Assembly (NCBI GenBank): GCA_029881725.1
Contig: JAOUMB010000010.1
Coordinates: forward strand, 1,539 to 65,538
From: Nitrospirota bacterium
GTDB taxonomy: Bacteria; Nitrospirota; JACRHL01
Direction: 5' to 3'
Length of the DNA stretch: 64,000 nt
The position numbers were made by a program, and so were the translations under genes. The notes under the pieces were generated by a model, which was not told the origin of the DNA, ran no database searches, and saw only the letters and a program-made list of their open reading frames with translations. Within the stretch, counting starts at the first letter, position 1. Each line of letters starts with the position of its first letter. This document shows, piece by piece, positions 11,822 to 20,090 of the stretch.

Positions 11822-13645
11822 ATGTCCGCCGATCTGATGTTCGTATTCGGCCTGCTGGCCGTCACCATTGCCCTGTTCGTCAGCGACCGGGTGCGGCTGG
11901 ACGTGGTGGCGCTGCTGGTCATCATCGTGCTGCCGTTTTCCGGCGTGCTCACCATGAAAGAGGCCGTATCCGGGTTTGGCGAGCCGGTGGTGCTGCTCAT
12001 TGCCGCCCTGTTCGTGGTGGGCGAGGGGCTGTTCCGCACCGGCGTGGCCGCTTCGGTGGGGGTGTGGCTGCTGCGGGTGGGCGGCACCAGCGAAACCCGG
12101 CTGCTGCTGTATCTGATTCCGGCGGTGGCGCTGCTGTCCGCGTTCATGAGTTCCACCGGGGCGGTGGCCCTGTTCATTCCGGTGGTGATGAGCCTGGCCC
12201 GCAAGTCCGGCATCTCCCCTTCGCGCCTGCTGATGCCGCTGGCCTTCGGCTCCCTGATCGGCGGCATGATGACCCTCATCGGCACCCCGCCCAACGTGGT
12301 GGTCAGTTCCCGTCTTCAGGCGGCGGGGCAGGAGCCGTTCGGGTTTTTCGACTTCACCCCCATCGGCCTGGTGATGCTGGCCGGGGGCATGGCCTACATG
12401 ATCCTGGCGGGACGCTTTCTGCTGCCCGGCGAAAAAGCCGGTCAGGCGGAAACCAGCCACCCTCCGTTTCTGGAACTGGCCGCCCGCTACGGCATCGACC
12501 GCCCGCTGGACCGGCTGGTCATCGGCACCGGCTCGGCGCTGATCGGACGAACGGTGATCGACGCGGGCATGCGCCGCCACCACGAGGTCACCGTGGTGGG
12601 GCTGCGCCGCCGGGGACGGCTTCTGGACCACATCCTGCCGGTACTGGCGGACACCGTGTTGCAGGCGGGTGACGAGTTGTTCGTGATGGGCGACGTGCGC
12701 GCCATCGACCAGATCTGCCACGACGACAAAATCACCCGCATCCCCTTTCCGGAAGGCGAAGTGCGCCGCATGCGCAATGAGTTCGGGGTGGCGGAGGTGA
12801 TGATCGCCCCGGAGTCCGGGCTGGCGGGCAAGTCCATCCAGCAGGGCAGTTTTCGCCAGCGGCTGGGGCTGAGCGTGGTGGCGGTGCGGCGTGGCAGCAC
12901 GCCCATCGACGCCATGTTTTCCGACACCCGGCTGGAGATCGGCGACACCCTGCTGGTGGCCGGGGCCTGGAGCTACATCGAGCGGCTCAGCCGCCACCAT
13001 CAGGATCTGGTGGTGCTGGAAACCCCCGCCGAGATGGACGAGGTGGCCCCCAACGCCGCCCGCGCGCCACTTGCGCTGGGAATTCTGGCGGTGATGCTGG
13101 TGCTGATGACCACCGGCTGGATTTCCGCCCTGGGGGCGGCCCTGATCGCCGCGCTGGCGATGGTGCTGAGCGGCTGCCTGCGCATGGAGGAGGCGTACCG
13201 GGGCATCAGTTGGAGCAGTCTGGTGCTGATCGCGGGCATGCTGCCCCTGTCCCTGGCGCTGCAAAAAACCGGCGGCATCGAACTGCTGGCGGGCATGCTT
13301 ACCGATGGCCTGGGAGGCTACGGCCCGCTGGCCCTGTGCGCCGGGCTGTTCGTGCTCACCTCCCTGTTCAGCCAGGTGATTTCCAACACCGCCACCACGG
13401 TGCTGGTGGCCCCCATTGCCCTCACCGCCGCCCAGGCCATGGGGCTGTCGGCGGAACCGTTCATGATGACCGTGGCGCTGGCCGCCTCCACCGCCTTTTC
13501 CACCCCCATTGCCTCGCCGGTCAACACCCTGGTGCTGGCCCCCGGCGGATACCGCTTCGGGGATTTTCTGAAGGTGGGCGTGCCCCTGCAACTGATCGCC
13601 ATGGCGATCACCCTCACCCTGGTGCCGCTGCTGTTCCGGTTCTGA
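11822..13645 (+). CDS. SLC13/DASS-family anion permease with two central TrkA-C (RCK_C) domains.
   Basis: ATG MSADLMFVFGLLAVTIALF. Multiple TM helices at both ends. Two soluble domains in the middle (IGRTVIDAGMRRHHEVTVVGLRR... and LAGKSIQQGSFRQRLGLSVVAVRRG...) typical of TrkA_C. The C-terminal half has TM helices SLC13-like. Confidence 0.85.
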   Translation: MSADLMFVFGLLAVTIALFVSDRVRLDVVALLVIIVLPFSGVLTMKEAVSGFGEPVVLLIAALFVVGEGLFRTGVAASVGVWLLRVGGTSETRLLLYLIPAVALLSAFMSSTGAVALFIPVVMSLARKSGISPSRLLMPLAFGSLIGGMMTLIGTPPNVVVSSRLQAAGQEPFGFFDFTPIGLVMLAGGMAYMILAGRFLLPGEKAGQAETSHPPFLELAARYGIDRPLDRLVIGTGSALIGRTVIDAGMRRHHEVTVVGLRRRGRLLDHILPVLADTVLQAGDELFVMGDVRAIDQICHDDKITRIPFPEGEVRRMRNEFGVAEVMIAPESGLAGKSIQQGSFRQRLGLSVVAVRRGSTPIDAMFSDTRLEIGDTLLVAGAWSYIERLSRHHQDLVVLETPAEMDEVAPNAARAPLALGILAVMLVLMTTGWISALGAALIAALAMVLSGCLRMEEAYRGISWSSLVLIAGMLPLSLALQKTGGIELLAGMLTDGLGGYGPLALCAGLFVLTSLFSQVISNTATTVLVAPIALTAAQAMGLSAEPFMMTVALAASTAFSTPIASPVNTLVLAPGGYRFGDFLKVGVPLQLIAMAITLTLVPLLFRF

Positions 13646-13828
13646 CCGGCCCCGGTTTTTGCGCGCCCCGGCGGGTTCCCCGCCCCCCGCCCCCGACCCG
13701 TGGCGTGAAATTGCGCTTCATCCGGTTGTGCGTTCGGCGATGGCGGGATACGGTTGAACCAGAGGGGTCGGCATGGGAGGTGCCACGCACGCGGCGGGTG
13801 GCTTGACGTGGCGGCCCCCGGCGTCATG

Positions 13829-14809
13829 GAGGCGGCGATGAAGGCGGTTGTCTATCACCATTACGGCCCTCCCGAGGTTCTCGGGCTGGAAGAGAAGCCA
13901 CCCCCGGTGCCCGGGGAAAATGAGGTGCTGGTCCACGTGCGGGCCTCGTCCGTCAATGCGGGTGACTGGCACATGATGCGTGGCGAGCCGTTCCTGGTGC
14001 GCCTGATGGGCTACGGGCTCCTGAAACCCAAACACACCACCCTCGGATTCGATCTGGCGGGGCAGGTCGCGGCGGTGGGCGGTGCCGTCACACGGTTTCA
14101 GCCGGGGGATGCGGTGTTCGGCCTTACCCCCGACCGGACCCTTGGCGCATTTGCCGAGTACGCATGCGCGCCGGAACATACCCTGGTGCCGAAACCGGCC
14201 CACGTCTCGTTCGAGGAGGCCGCCGCGGTGCCCGCCGCCGCCATCACCGCCTTGCAGGGACTGCGCGATGCGGGGCGGATGCAGGCCGGGCATCAGGTGT
14301 TGATTAACGGCGCGGGCGGTGGCGTGGGCACCTTCGCGGTGCAGATCGCCAAGGCCCTAGGGGCCAAGGTCACCGCCGTCACCACCACCGGCAAGCTGGC
14401 CATGGCCCGCTCCCTCGGCGCGGACCGGGTGATCGACTACACCGGGCATGATTTCACCCGCCTGGAAAAACGCTACGATCTGATCTTCGATGTGGGCGCC
14501 TACCGCTCCATTTCCGATTACCTGCGCGTGCTGAACCCCGCGGGGCGGTACGTGCTGATTGGCGGCGCCACCGGACGCTTTTTCCAGGCCGCCCTCGCCG
14601 GTCCCCTGCTGTCCATGGTCAGCGGCAAAAAAATCACCACCATGGTCGCGAAACCCAATCAGGACGACCTGATGCTCATCAGGGAACTGCTGGCCGCCGG
14701 AACCATCCGGCCGGTGATCGACCTGCGGTTCCCGCTGAGCGATGTGGCCGGGGCCATCCGCCAGTTGGAAGGCGGCCACGTCAGCGGCAAACTGGTGATT
14801 ACCGTGTAG
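13829..14809 (+). CDS. Zinc-type/MDR-family NAD(P)H-dependent oxidoreductase (quinone oxidoreductase-like).
   Basis: MKAVVYHHYGPPEVL...ENEVLVHVRASSVNAGDWHM..., Rossmann motif LINGAGGGVGTFAVQIAKALGAKV. A GGAGG RBS lies 5 nt upstream of the ATG. Confidence 0.85.
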   Translation, partial: EAAMKAVVYHHYGPPEVLGLEEKPPPVPGENEVLVHVRASSVNAGDWHMMRGEPFLVRLMGYGLLKPKHTTLGFDLAGQVAAVGGAVTRFQPGDAVFGLTPDRTLGAFAEYACAPEHTLVPKPAHVSFEEAAAVPAAAITALQGLRDAGRMQAGHQVLINGAGGGVGTFAVQIAKALGAKVTAVTTTGKLAMARSLGADRVIDYTGHDFTRLEKRYDLIFDVGAYRSISDYLRVLNPAGRYVLIGGATGRFFQAALAGPLLSMVSGKKITTMVAKPNQDDLMLIRELLAAGTIRPVIDLRFPLSDVAGAIRQLEGGHVSGKLVITV

Positions 14810-15240
14810 GGGGACCGTTCGCGACAATCCGAACCTTTTTTCAGGGATTTGCGATATTTCCCGCACGAAATTGTGAAAGCGGTTATAGTAACAACGTCTC
14901 CCGAAACAGGGAGGCGTGTTTCCCTCCCCTCCGGCACTCCACTGACAACGGTCTTCCCCAGGCTGGAAACGCAACGGCGCGGCGCGTCTGACAGCATGCC
15001 GCACTGGAACCCCCGCGACTTCCGCACCCATGGAAACCGCGTGCGCCCGAATGGTCGGGACCGGGTTCCTCCCTATGGGCGCTCCCCGACCGGTGACGGA
15101 TGGGGAAAGAGGATCTCTTTTAAACAACCCGTTTTGATTCAACAGCGCAATGGCCATGGGGCCATGCGCTTTCGCGACCGTACGGCATCCTAATGGTTGG
15201 AGCTGGCGGTCGTTTACCCATCTATATTTGAGAGAAAACG

Positions 15241-15531
15241 ATGAACCTGTTCGTAGGCAACCTGTCTTTTGAAACCTCCGAGCGCGACCTGCGCGAAGCC
15301 TTCGAGGCCTATGGCTCCGTCTCCTCGGCCAGCCTGATCACCGACCGCGAGACCGGCCGTTCGCGCGGTTTCGGCTTTGTGGAGATGGACGACGCGGAAG
15401 CCCGCGCCGCCATCGAGGGCCTGAACAACCAGGACCTGAACGGCCGTGCCCTGAACGTCAACGAGGCTCGCCCGCGCGAGTCCGGCGGCGGCAACCGTGG
15501 CGGTGGCGGCGGCCGTCGCGAGCGCTACTAG
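15241..15531 (+). CDS. RNA-binding protein with an RRM domain and a glycine/arginine-rich tail (RbpA-like).
   Basis: MNLFVGNLSFETSERDLREAFEAYGSV (RNP2), RGFGFVEM (RNP1), C-terminal GGGNRGGGGGRRERY. Followed by a terminator. Confidence 0.9.
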   Translation: MNLFVGNLSFETSERDLREAFEAYGSVSSASLITDRETGRSRGFGFVEMDDAEARAAIEGLNNQDLNGRALNVNEARPRESGGGNRGGGGGRRERY

Positions 15532-15583
15532 CGGATTCCCTTCCGCCCGGCCCGGTGCCGATGCGGAGGGGTAACGGAATGAA

Positions 15584-15626
15584 CCGGGGGTGGGCCGTCT
15601 GGCCTGCCCCCGGTTTTTTTGTGTCC
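15584..15626 (+). terminator. Rho-independent terminator after the RRM protein gene.
   Basis: GC-rich hairpin aaccgggggtgggccgtctggcctgcccccggtttttttgtg (stem ccgggggtgggc/gcctgcccccgg followed by a T7 run). Confidence 0.6.
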
Positions 15627-15730
15627 GGCAAGCGGCTCCCGGCGCCCGCGTGCAACTTCGTCGGGTTCCCACTACCATGGAATCATGCCTGTGCCGGACG
15701 ACAGGCTGACCTCAGCAAGGCGGCGTGCCG

Positions 15731-16507
15731 ATGATCCGGGATACGCGCACTTCAACCACCCCCCCCGCATCCGGCGGCTCCGCCGCGTGGGGCATTGCGG
15801 CCAGCGTGCTGGTGGTCGCCGCCCTGGTGGGGGTGCTGCTGCTGTTCGACCTGGACAAGCAGATCGTGCCGCTGCTGAACCGGCTCCAGGGAATGGGGGC
15901 GTGGGCGCCGTTCCTGTTCGTGGTGCTGATGGCCGGGGCGGTGCTGTTCCTGCTGCCGGGGGTGCCGTTCACCGCGGGCGCCGGATTTGTGTTCGGCGTG
16001 GGAAAGGGCACCCTCTGTGTGGTGCTGGGCACGACCCTCGGCGCCACCCTCGCGTTCCTGATCGCGCGCCATCTGTTCGGGGAACGCGCCAGGCGCGCCA
16101 TTCTGGCCCATCCCCGGCTGCACCGGATCAACCGGGAACTGGCCCCCCAGGGGTGGAAAGTCGTGTTGATTACCCGGCTGGTGCCGTTCTTCCCGTTCAA
16201 GCTCTCCAACTACTTTTTCGGGCTCACCTCCATCCGGCTGCGGAGCTTCGTCGGCGGTACCCTGCTGGGGATCATTCCGTTCTCGCTGAACAGCGTGTAT
16301 CTCGGTTCCATCGCCGCCGACCTGACCACGCTGGGGGCGGGCGGAAGGGAGCGCACCCCGCTCGAATGGGGCCTCTACGGCGCGGGGTTTCTGGTTGCGG
16401 TTGGCGTGCTGCTGTACCTGAACCGCATGGCCCGCCGCGCCATGGCCACGACCAGCGTGGAAGATGACACGGAAAGCGACGCGAAAGAGCCGGACCGCCG
16501 GGGGTGA
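15731..16507 (+). CDS. TVP38/TMEM64 (DedA/SNARE-associated) family membrane protein.
   Basis: Motifs LPGVPFTAGAGFVFG, VPFFPFKLSNYFFGLT and multiple TM helices. I chose the ATG at 15731. The ORF-track start at 15725 is GTG. Confidence 0.75.
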   Translation: MIRDTRTSTTPPASGGSAAWGIAASVLVVAALVGVLLLFDLDKQIVPLLNRLQGMGAWAPFLFVVLMAGAVLFLLPGVPFTAGAGFVFGVGKGTLCVVLGTTLGATLAFLIARHLFGERARRAILAHPRLHRINRELAPQGWKVVLITRLVPFFPFKLSNYFFGLTSIRLRSFVGGTLLGIIPFSLNSVYLGSIAADLTTLGAGGRERTPLEWGLYGAGFLVAVGVLLYLNRMARRAMATTSVEDDTESDAKEPDRRG

Positions 16508-16522
16508 GCGGCCGGGCTCCGG

Positions 16523-17650
16523 TCAGTTAAGCCGGTAGTGAAACAGCTTGCACGGGATGGCCCCGTTATAGAGCGTGTGTTTCTTGTCGGCCCCCAGGCG
16601 CATGTGGTGGGCCAGCCCCGGATTGCCGGTGAACACGGCGGCGCGCCAGCCGGAAAAGTGGTCCTTGAGCTGGCCGCCCAGGGCCGCGTACAGGTGATTC
16701 AGCCGGTCGTCGGCGCCCAGCCGCTCCCCGTAGGGAGGGTTGACCGCCACCAGTCCGGGGGGGCCGGGCTCGGGCCGGGTGTCGGCCAGTTCCCGCCGGG
16801 CCACGGTCACATACCCCTCCAACCCGCCGTTTACCACGTTTTCGCGCACCGCCTCCACCGCGCGGGGGTCCCGGTCGTAGCCGTGAATGCGATTGGTGCC
16901 GAGTTTTTTCAGACCCGCCAGCCGCCGGTCACGGGCATCGGTCCACACCCGGTCCCACACGGCCTCGTCGTGTTGCAACCAGCGGGTAAAGCCAAAATTA
17001 TCGCCACGGGCCAATCCGGGGGCAAAGTCGGCGGCCATCATGGCGGCCTCGATCAGCAGGGTGCCGGACCCGCACATCAGGTCCACGAACTGCCCCCCGT
17101 CGGCCGCGATGTCCGGCCAGCGGGCGTGGGCCAGAATGGCCGCCGCCAGGGTCTCCTTGAGGGGCGCCTTGCCCCCCTGCATCCGATAGCCGCGCCGGTG
17201 CAGGGCATCACCTGACAGGTCGACGGACACGGTGGCCTGATCCCGGTACAGATAAACGTTCACGCGCAGGTCCGGGTCCACCGTATCCACCGACGGGCGC
17301 ACCCCGCACGCCTCCCGGAACTGGTCGACGATGGCGTCCTTCACCTTCAGCGCGCCGAAGTGGGAGTGGTCGATGGCGGAACCCGAGGTGGAAAAATCCA
17401 CCACCAGCGTGCCCTCCGGCGCCACGTGCCGTTGCCAGTCGACGCCCTGGATGCCCTTGTAGAGGGCCTGCGGATCGGCAGCATAGAAGGTGCCGATGGG
17501 CAGCAGCACCCGGCTGGCCAGACGCGACCACAGGCAGGCCCGGTACCCGGCCGCCAGATCCCCCTCAAAGGCCACCCCGCCCCGGGTGGGACGCACGTGG
17601 GCCATGCCCATGGTGTTCAGTTCATAGGCCAGCAGCGCCTCGATGTTCAT
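16523..17650 (-). CDS. rlmL: 23S rRNA (guanine2445-N2)-methyltransferase, a standalone RlmL-type protein (THUMP plus class I SAM MTase).
   Basis: From ATG MNIEALLAYELNTMG the protein aligns along its length with the E. coli RlmKL N-terminal half. Matching segments: LWSRLASRVLLP, GALKVKDAIVDQF, PDLRVNVYLY, LSGDALHRRGYR, PLKETLAAAIL, DLMCGSGTLLIEAAMMAADFAPGL, NPPYGERLG. There is no RlmK domain. Confidence 0.8.
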   Translation of the reverse strand: MNIEALLAYELNTMGMAHVRPTRGGVAFEGDLAAGYRACLWSRLASRVLLPIGTFYAADPQALYKGIQGVDWQRHVAPEGTLVVDFSTSGSAIDHSHFGALKVKDAIVDQFREACGVRPSVDTVDPDLRVNVYLYRDQATVSVDLSGDALHRRGYRMQGGKAPLKETLAAAILAHARWPDIAADGGQFVDLMCGSGTLLIEAAMMAADFAPGLARGDNFGFTRWLQHDEAVWDRVWTDARDRRLAGLKKLGTNRIHGYDRDPRAVEAVRENVVNGGLEGYVTVARRELADTRPEPGPPGLVAVNPPYGERLGADDRLNHLYAALGGQLKDHFSGWRAAVFTGNPGLAHHMRLGADKKHTLYNGAIPCKLFHYRLN

Positions 17651-17915
17651 GGCGCACGGGGCGAAAAATTCGAGGGGCTCACTGGCGCTGCCGCCGGGAG
17701 ATTCGGGCGTGGAATGGGGGGCGTGATCGGTCATGAGGGGGGCCATTGTAGCGTCTTTTCAAACCCGCGGCGGACCGGCGCGCGTGAATCCCCGCATACA
17801 CCGCCCGTGTCCTCCAGGGCCTTGACCGAAACCGGCGGATTGGGTTTACTGCATTTCCTTTGCCCGCCCCGTTCCGTCAGGTGGGGGGCTTGAGAATTTT
17901 CAGGAGCAGGGTCCA

Positions 17916-18203
17916 TTGATTATCCAGATCGTCAAATTTGAATCGGCATTGTCGGAAGCGGAAGTGTTGGCCGTTGCCGAAAGCCGCCTGGAACAGTTCC
18001 GCGCACTGCCGGGGCTGCTCCAGAAGTACTACGTGAAAACCGGCCAGCCCAATCATTACGGCGGGATGTATGTGTGGGATTCCATGGAGTCGCTCACCGC
18101 CTTCCGCGAGTCCGATCTGGCTGCCACCATTCCCTCCGCCTATCAGGTGGTGGGGGCGCCGGAGATCGAGATTCTGGAGGGGATGTTTCCGTTGCGGCCG
18201 TAA
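17916..18203 (+). CDS. YdhR-like putative monooxygenase (Dabb/ABM fold, PF08803-like).
   Basis: 95 aa. LPGLLQKYYVKTGQPNHYGGMYVWDSMESLTAF parallels E. coli YdhR [30 protein letters not shown]. The start codon is TTG, preceded by AGGAG. Confidence 0.6.
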   Translation: MIIQIVKFESALSEAEVLAVAESRLEQFRALPGLLQKYYVKTGQPNHYGGMYVWDSMESLTAFRESDLAATIPSAYQVVGAPEIEILEGMFPLRP

Positions 18204-18659
18204 CGGAACCACGCCGCGCGCGGAGCCCCGCCGCCAAGAATGGAAACGGCACCTTAAAAATTAAAAAATCCGTTCGCACCGAGGCACTCGAAGTGCGGGG
18301 GGAGGGATGATTGCCGGAACCGGCGCCCCCTCCCGTAAGGACGGCCATTCGGTAACCCATCCGTAAATTTCCCCGTTATGAACCGTTAACGCACCGGTAA
18401 CTTAGCCCGGTGCTACGCCACGGGAGCTGCGCACAGGGGTGCTACGCGCACGGCGATGGTGGCTGGCGCGGTAATTTGGCCCTGCGCCGGGCAGGGTTTG
18501 CCTCCCCGTTAACCGCAGCAACACTTTGGTTTATAAGAAATAAATCGACTCACCCTCCCCCGGCCCTACTGTGAGGGAGCCAAAATTCCCGCTCCCCCGG
18601 CACCCCCCATCCACGGCAAGGGGCCTGCTCTGGCCGTCCCGATCGCCGTGCGCGCAGCC

Positions 18660-18863
18660 CCTCCACAAGGCCTCATTTTTTCCACATTTTCAACGGGTTC
18701 TGAATTTTCGCCCAAAATTCCCCGGTTCATCCCCTGGAATCGTGCTACCGGCCTTCAGAACCCATTGATATTCCGTTCCGGGGTCACCGTGAACATGCGA
18801 AATCCACGGTGCGAAACGCCTCCACAAAGCCATTTTTTTCCAACATTTTCAATCGGTTCTGAA
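18660..18863. repeat. Pair of roughly 45-bp imperfect direct repeats plus an internal 10-bp inverted copy, inside a low-GC noncoding island.
   Basis: ctccacaaggcctcattttttccacattttcaacgggttctgaa (18660-18704) versus ctccacaaagccatttttttccaacattttcaatcggttctgaa (18820-18863). ttcagaaccc at 18755-18764 is the reverse complement of gggttctgaa. Confidence 0.6.
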
Positions 18864-19403
18864 CGCGAAAACCGTTAATTTTCACCGTGTTTTACTTCGC
18901 AACCACAAACGGGAATTGGTCCAATAAAACAATCAGTTCTGACTTTCCCGCCGACATTTTGCGAAACAAATCCGCCGCGCCCACAACCGGCCAAAAACAC
19001 CACGTTGTCAGCGGGTTATGCCCTGCGGTTTGCCGTGGCCCACGGTTTAGCTTTGCCGTTTGCGAAGCGAAATCGCACGATCCGGCCCGGTCCACACCCC
19101 CGAATTCGCCCCGCGCCGGGCCTCCATGAATCATCCAACTGATTGTTTTTACGTAAGCAATCGCAACCAGGATCACCACGTACGCCAGATACGCCGCTTC
19201 CGCACGTGCGGCCCATTTGCCGCGCAATACACTTCCGCCCCAAATGGCACGCCCCGGATGTTCTGGTCCCCGGCGCACGGCCATCCCGTTACGGCCATCG
19301 TTTCGGCCCTGTTTCAGGAGGTTTCCCGTGGCATACGGAAATACGCGAATCAGCCACTCGCACTCCCCCGCCCGCCCACAGCGACGGGGGTTCGCGCGCC
19401 GCC

Positions 19404-20090
19404 TCAGTATCCGCTGGGGGAAAAGTGCATGAAGTCCTTCTGCCGCCCGGCGATTTCGCCACCCCACCGCAGGCCGGCCCGTTGCATGGCGGCGACCACC
19501 GGACCGTCCGGGAGGATGCTCTCCGGCCACTCCCCCGGCCGCCACTCCCCGCCCCGCATCAGGCGGCAGCCGGGACCGTACTGGATGCAGCGGTCGTACA
19601 GGCCGTTCCACCCGGCGTTGATGTCGATGGCGATGCCGTAGGAATGGTTGCTGAAACCGGTTCTCAAGCCCCCGGCATCCGGCTCGCCACGGGTACGGCC
19701 CGGTCGGTAGCCGGTAACGGTAATCACTGGAAAGCCGCTATCCATAAGTTCGGAAAGCGCCGCCTCCACCTGCCCGGCCAGGTGGAGGCAGGCCTGAAAC
19801 GACGCCACCCCCGGCACCCGCACCCAGGTCTGATCCTCGGCACAGACGGTGCAGCCGGTGGCCGGGTCGATCTCGTCCGGGGCCAGGTCCGCATAGGGGT
19901 GACGGACCTGCCGGTGGTTCACGGCGCGCCGCTCCACGGTGCTCCAGTCCCAGGTGTCGTAGCTGCACCATCCGGGGTTTTCCATCACCCTCGGCATGCC
20001 CACCACGCCGTACCCGGCGGCCAGCAGGGCCAGCAGCGCGCCGATCAGGGCCAGCAGGCGCTTTTTAAAGAACGCGGATCGCCGCCGCAT
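19404..20090 (-). CDS. Peptidase M15 family (VanY/D-Ala-D-Ala carboxypeptidase-like) secreted protein.
   Basis: Signal peptide MRRRSAFFKKRLLALIGALLALLAAG. HSYGIAIDIN plus a later DFMHF resemble the M15 zinc-ligand segments. Its start overlaps the pbpC stop by about 25 bp. Confidence 0.7.
   Translation of the reverse strand: MRRRSAFFKKRLLALIGALLALLAAGYGVVGMPRVMENPGWCSYDTWDWSTVERRAVNHRQVRHPYADLAPDEIDPATGCTVCAEDQTWVRVPGVASFQACLHLAGQVEAALSELMDSGFPVITVTGYRPGRTRGEPDAGGLRTGFSNHSYGIAIDINAGWNGLYDRCIQYGPGCRLMRGGEWRPGEWPESILPDGPVVAAMQRAGLRWGGEIAGRQKDFMHFSPSGY

Noticed and set aside
11768-13591. 607-aa minus-strand ORF.
   Set aside because: Antisense to the SLC13 permease. The translation is His/Gly/Gln-rich nonsense.
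14357-15157. 266-aa minus-strand ORF overlapping the MDR oxidoreductase 3' half and the downstream leader.
   Set aside because: Its 5' part lies in the noncoding leader. The remainder is out-of-frame antisense of a gene with clear Rossmann motifs. No RBS or domain signal.
18204-19403. Searched for tRNA, tmRNA, RNase P, SRP or 6S signatures and for integrase/attachment-site features in the low-GC island.
   Set aside because: No cloverleaf-compatible segment or conserved ncRNA core motifs were recognised by eye, and no recombinase gene is nearby. Left as an unexplained repeat-bearing spacer; see findings.
18892-19611. 239-aa minus-strand ORF in the noncoding island, containing a possible small TM segment (AAYLAYVVILVAIAYV).
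   Set aside because: It overlaps the M15 peptidase gene's 3' end in another frame. No RBS or conserved motifs. Most likely chance, although a short membrane peptide cannot be fully excluded.
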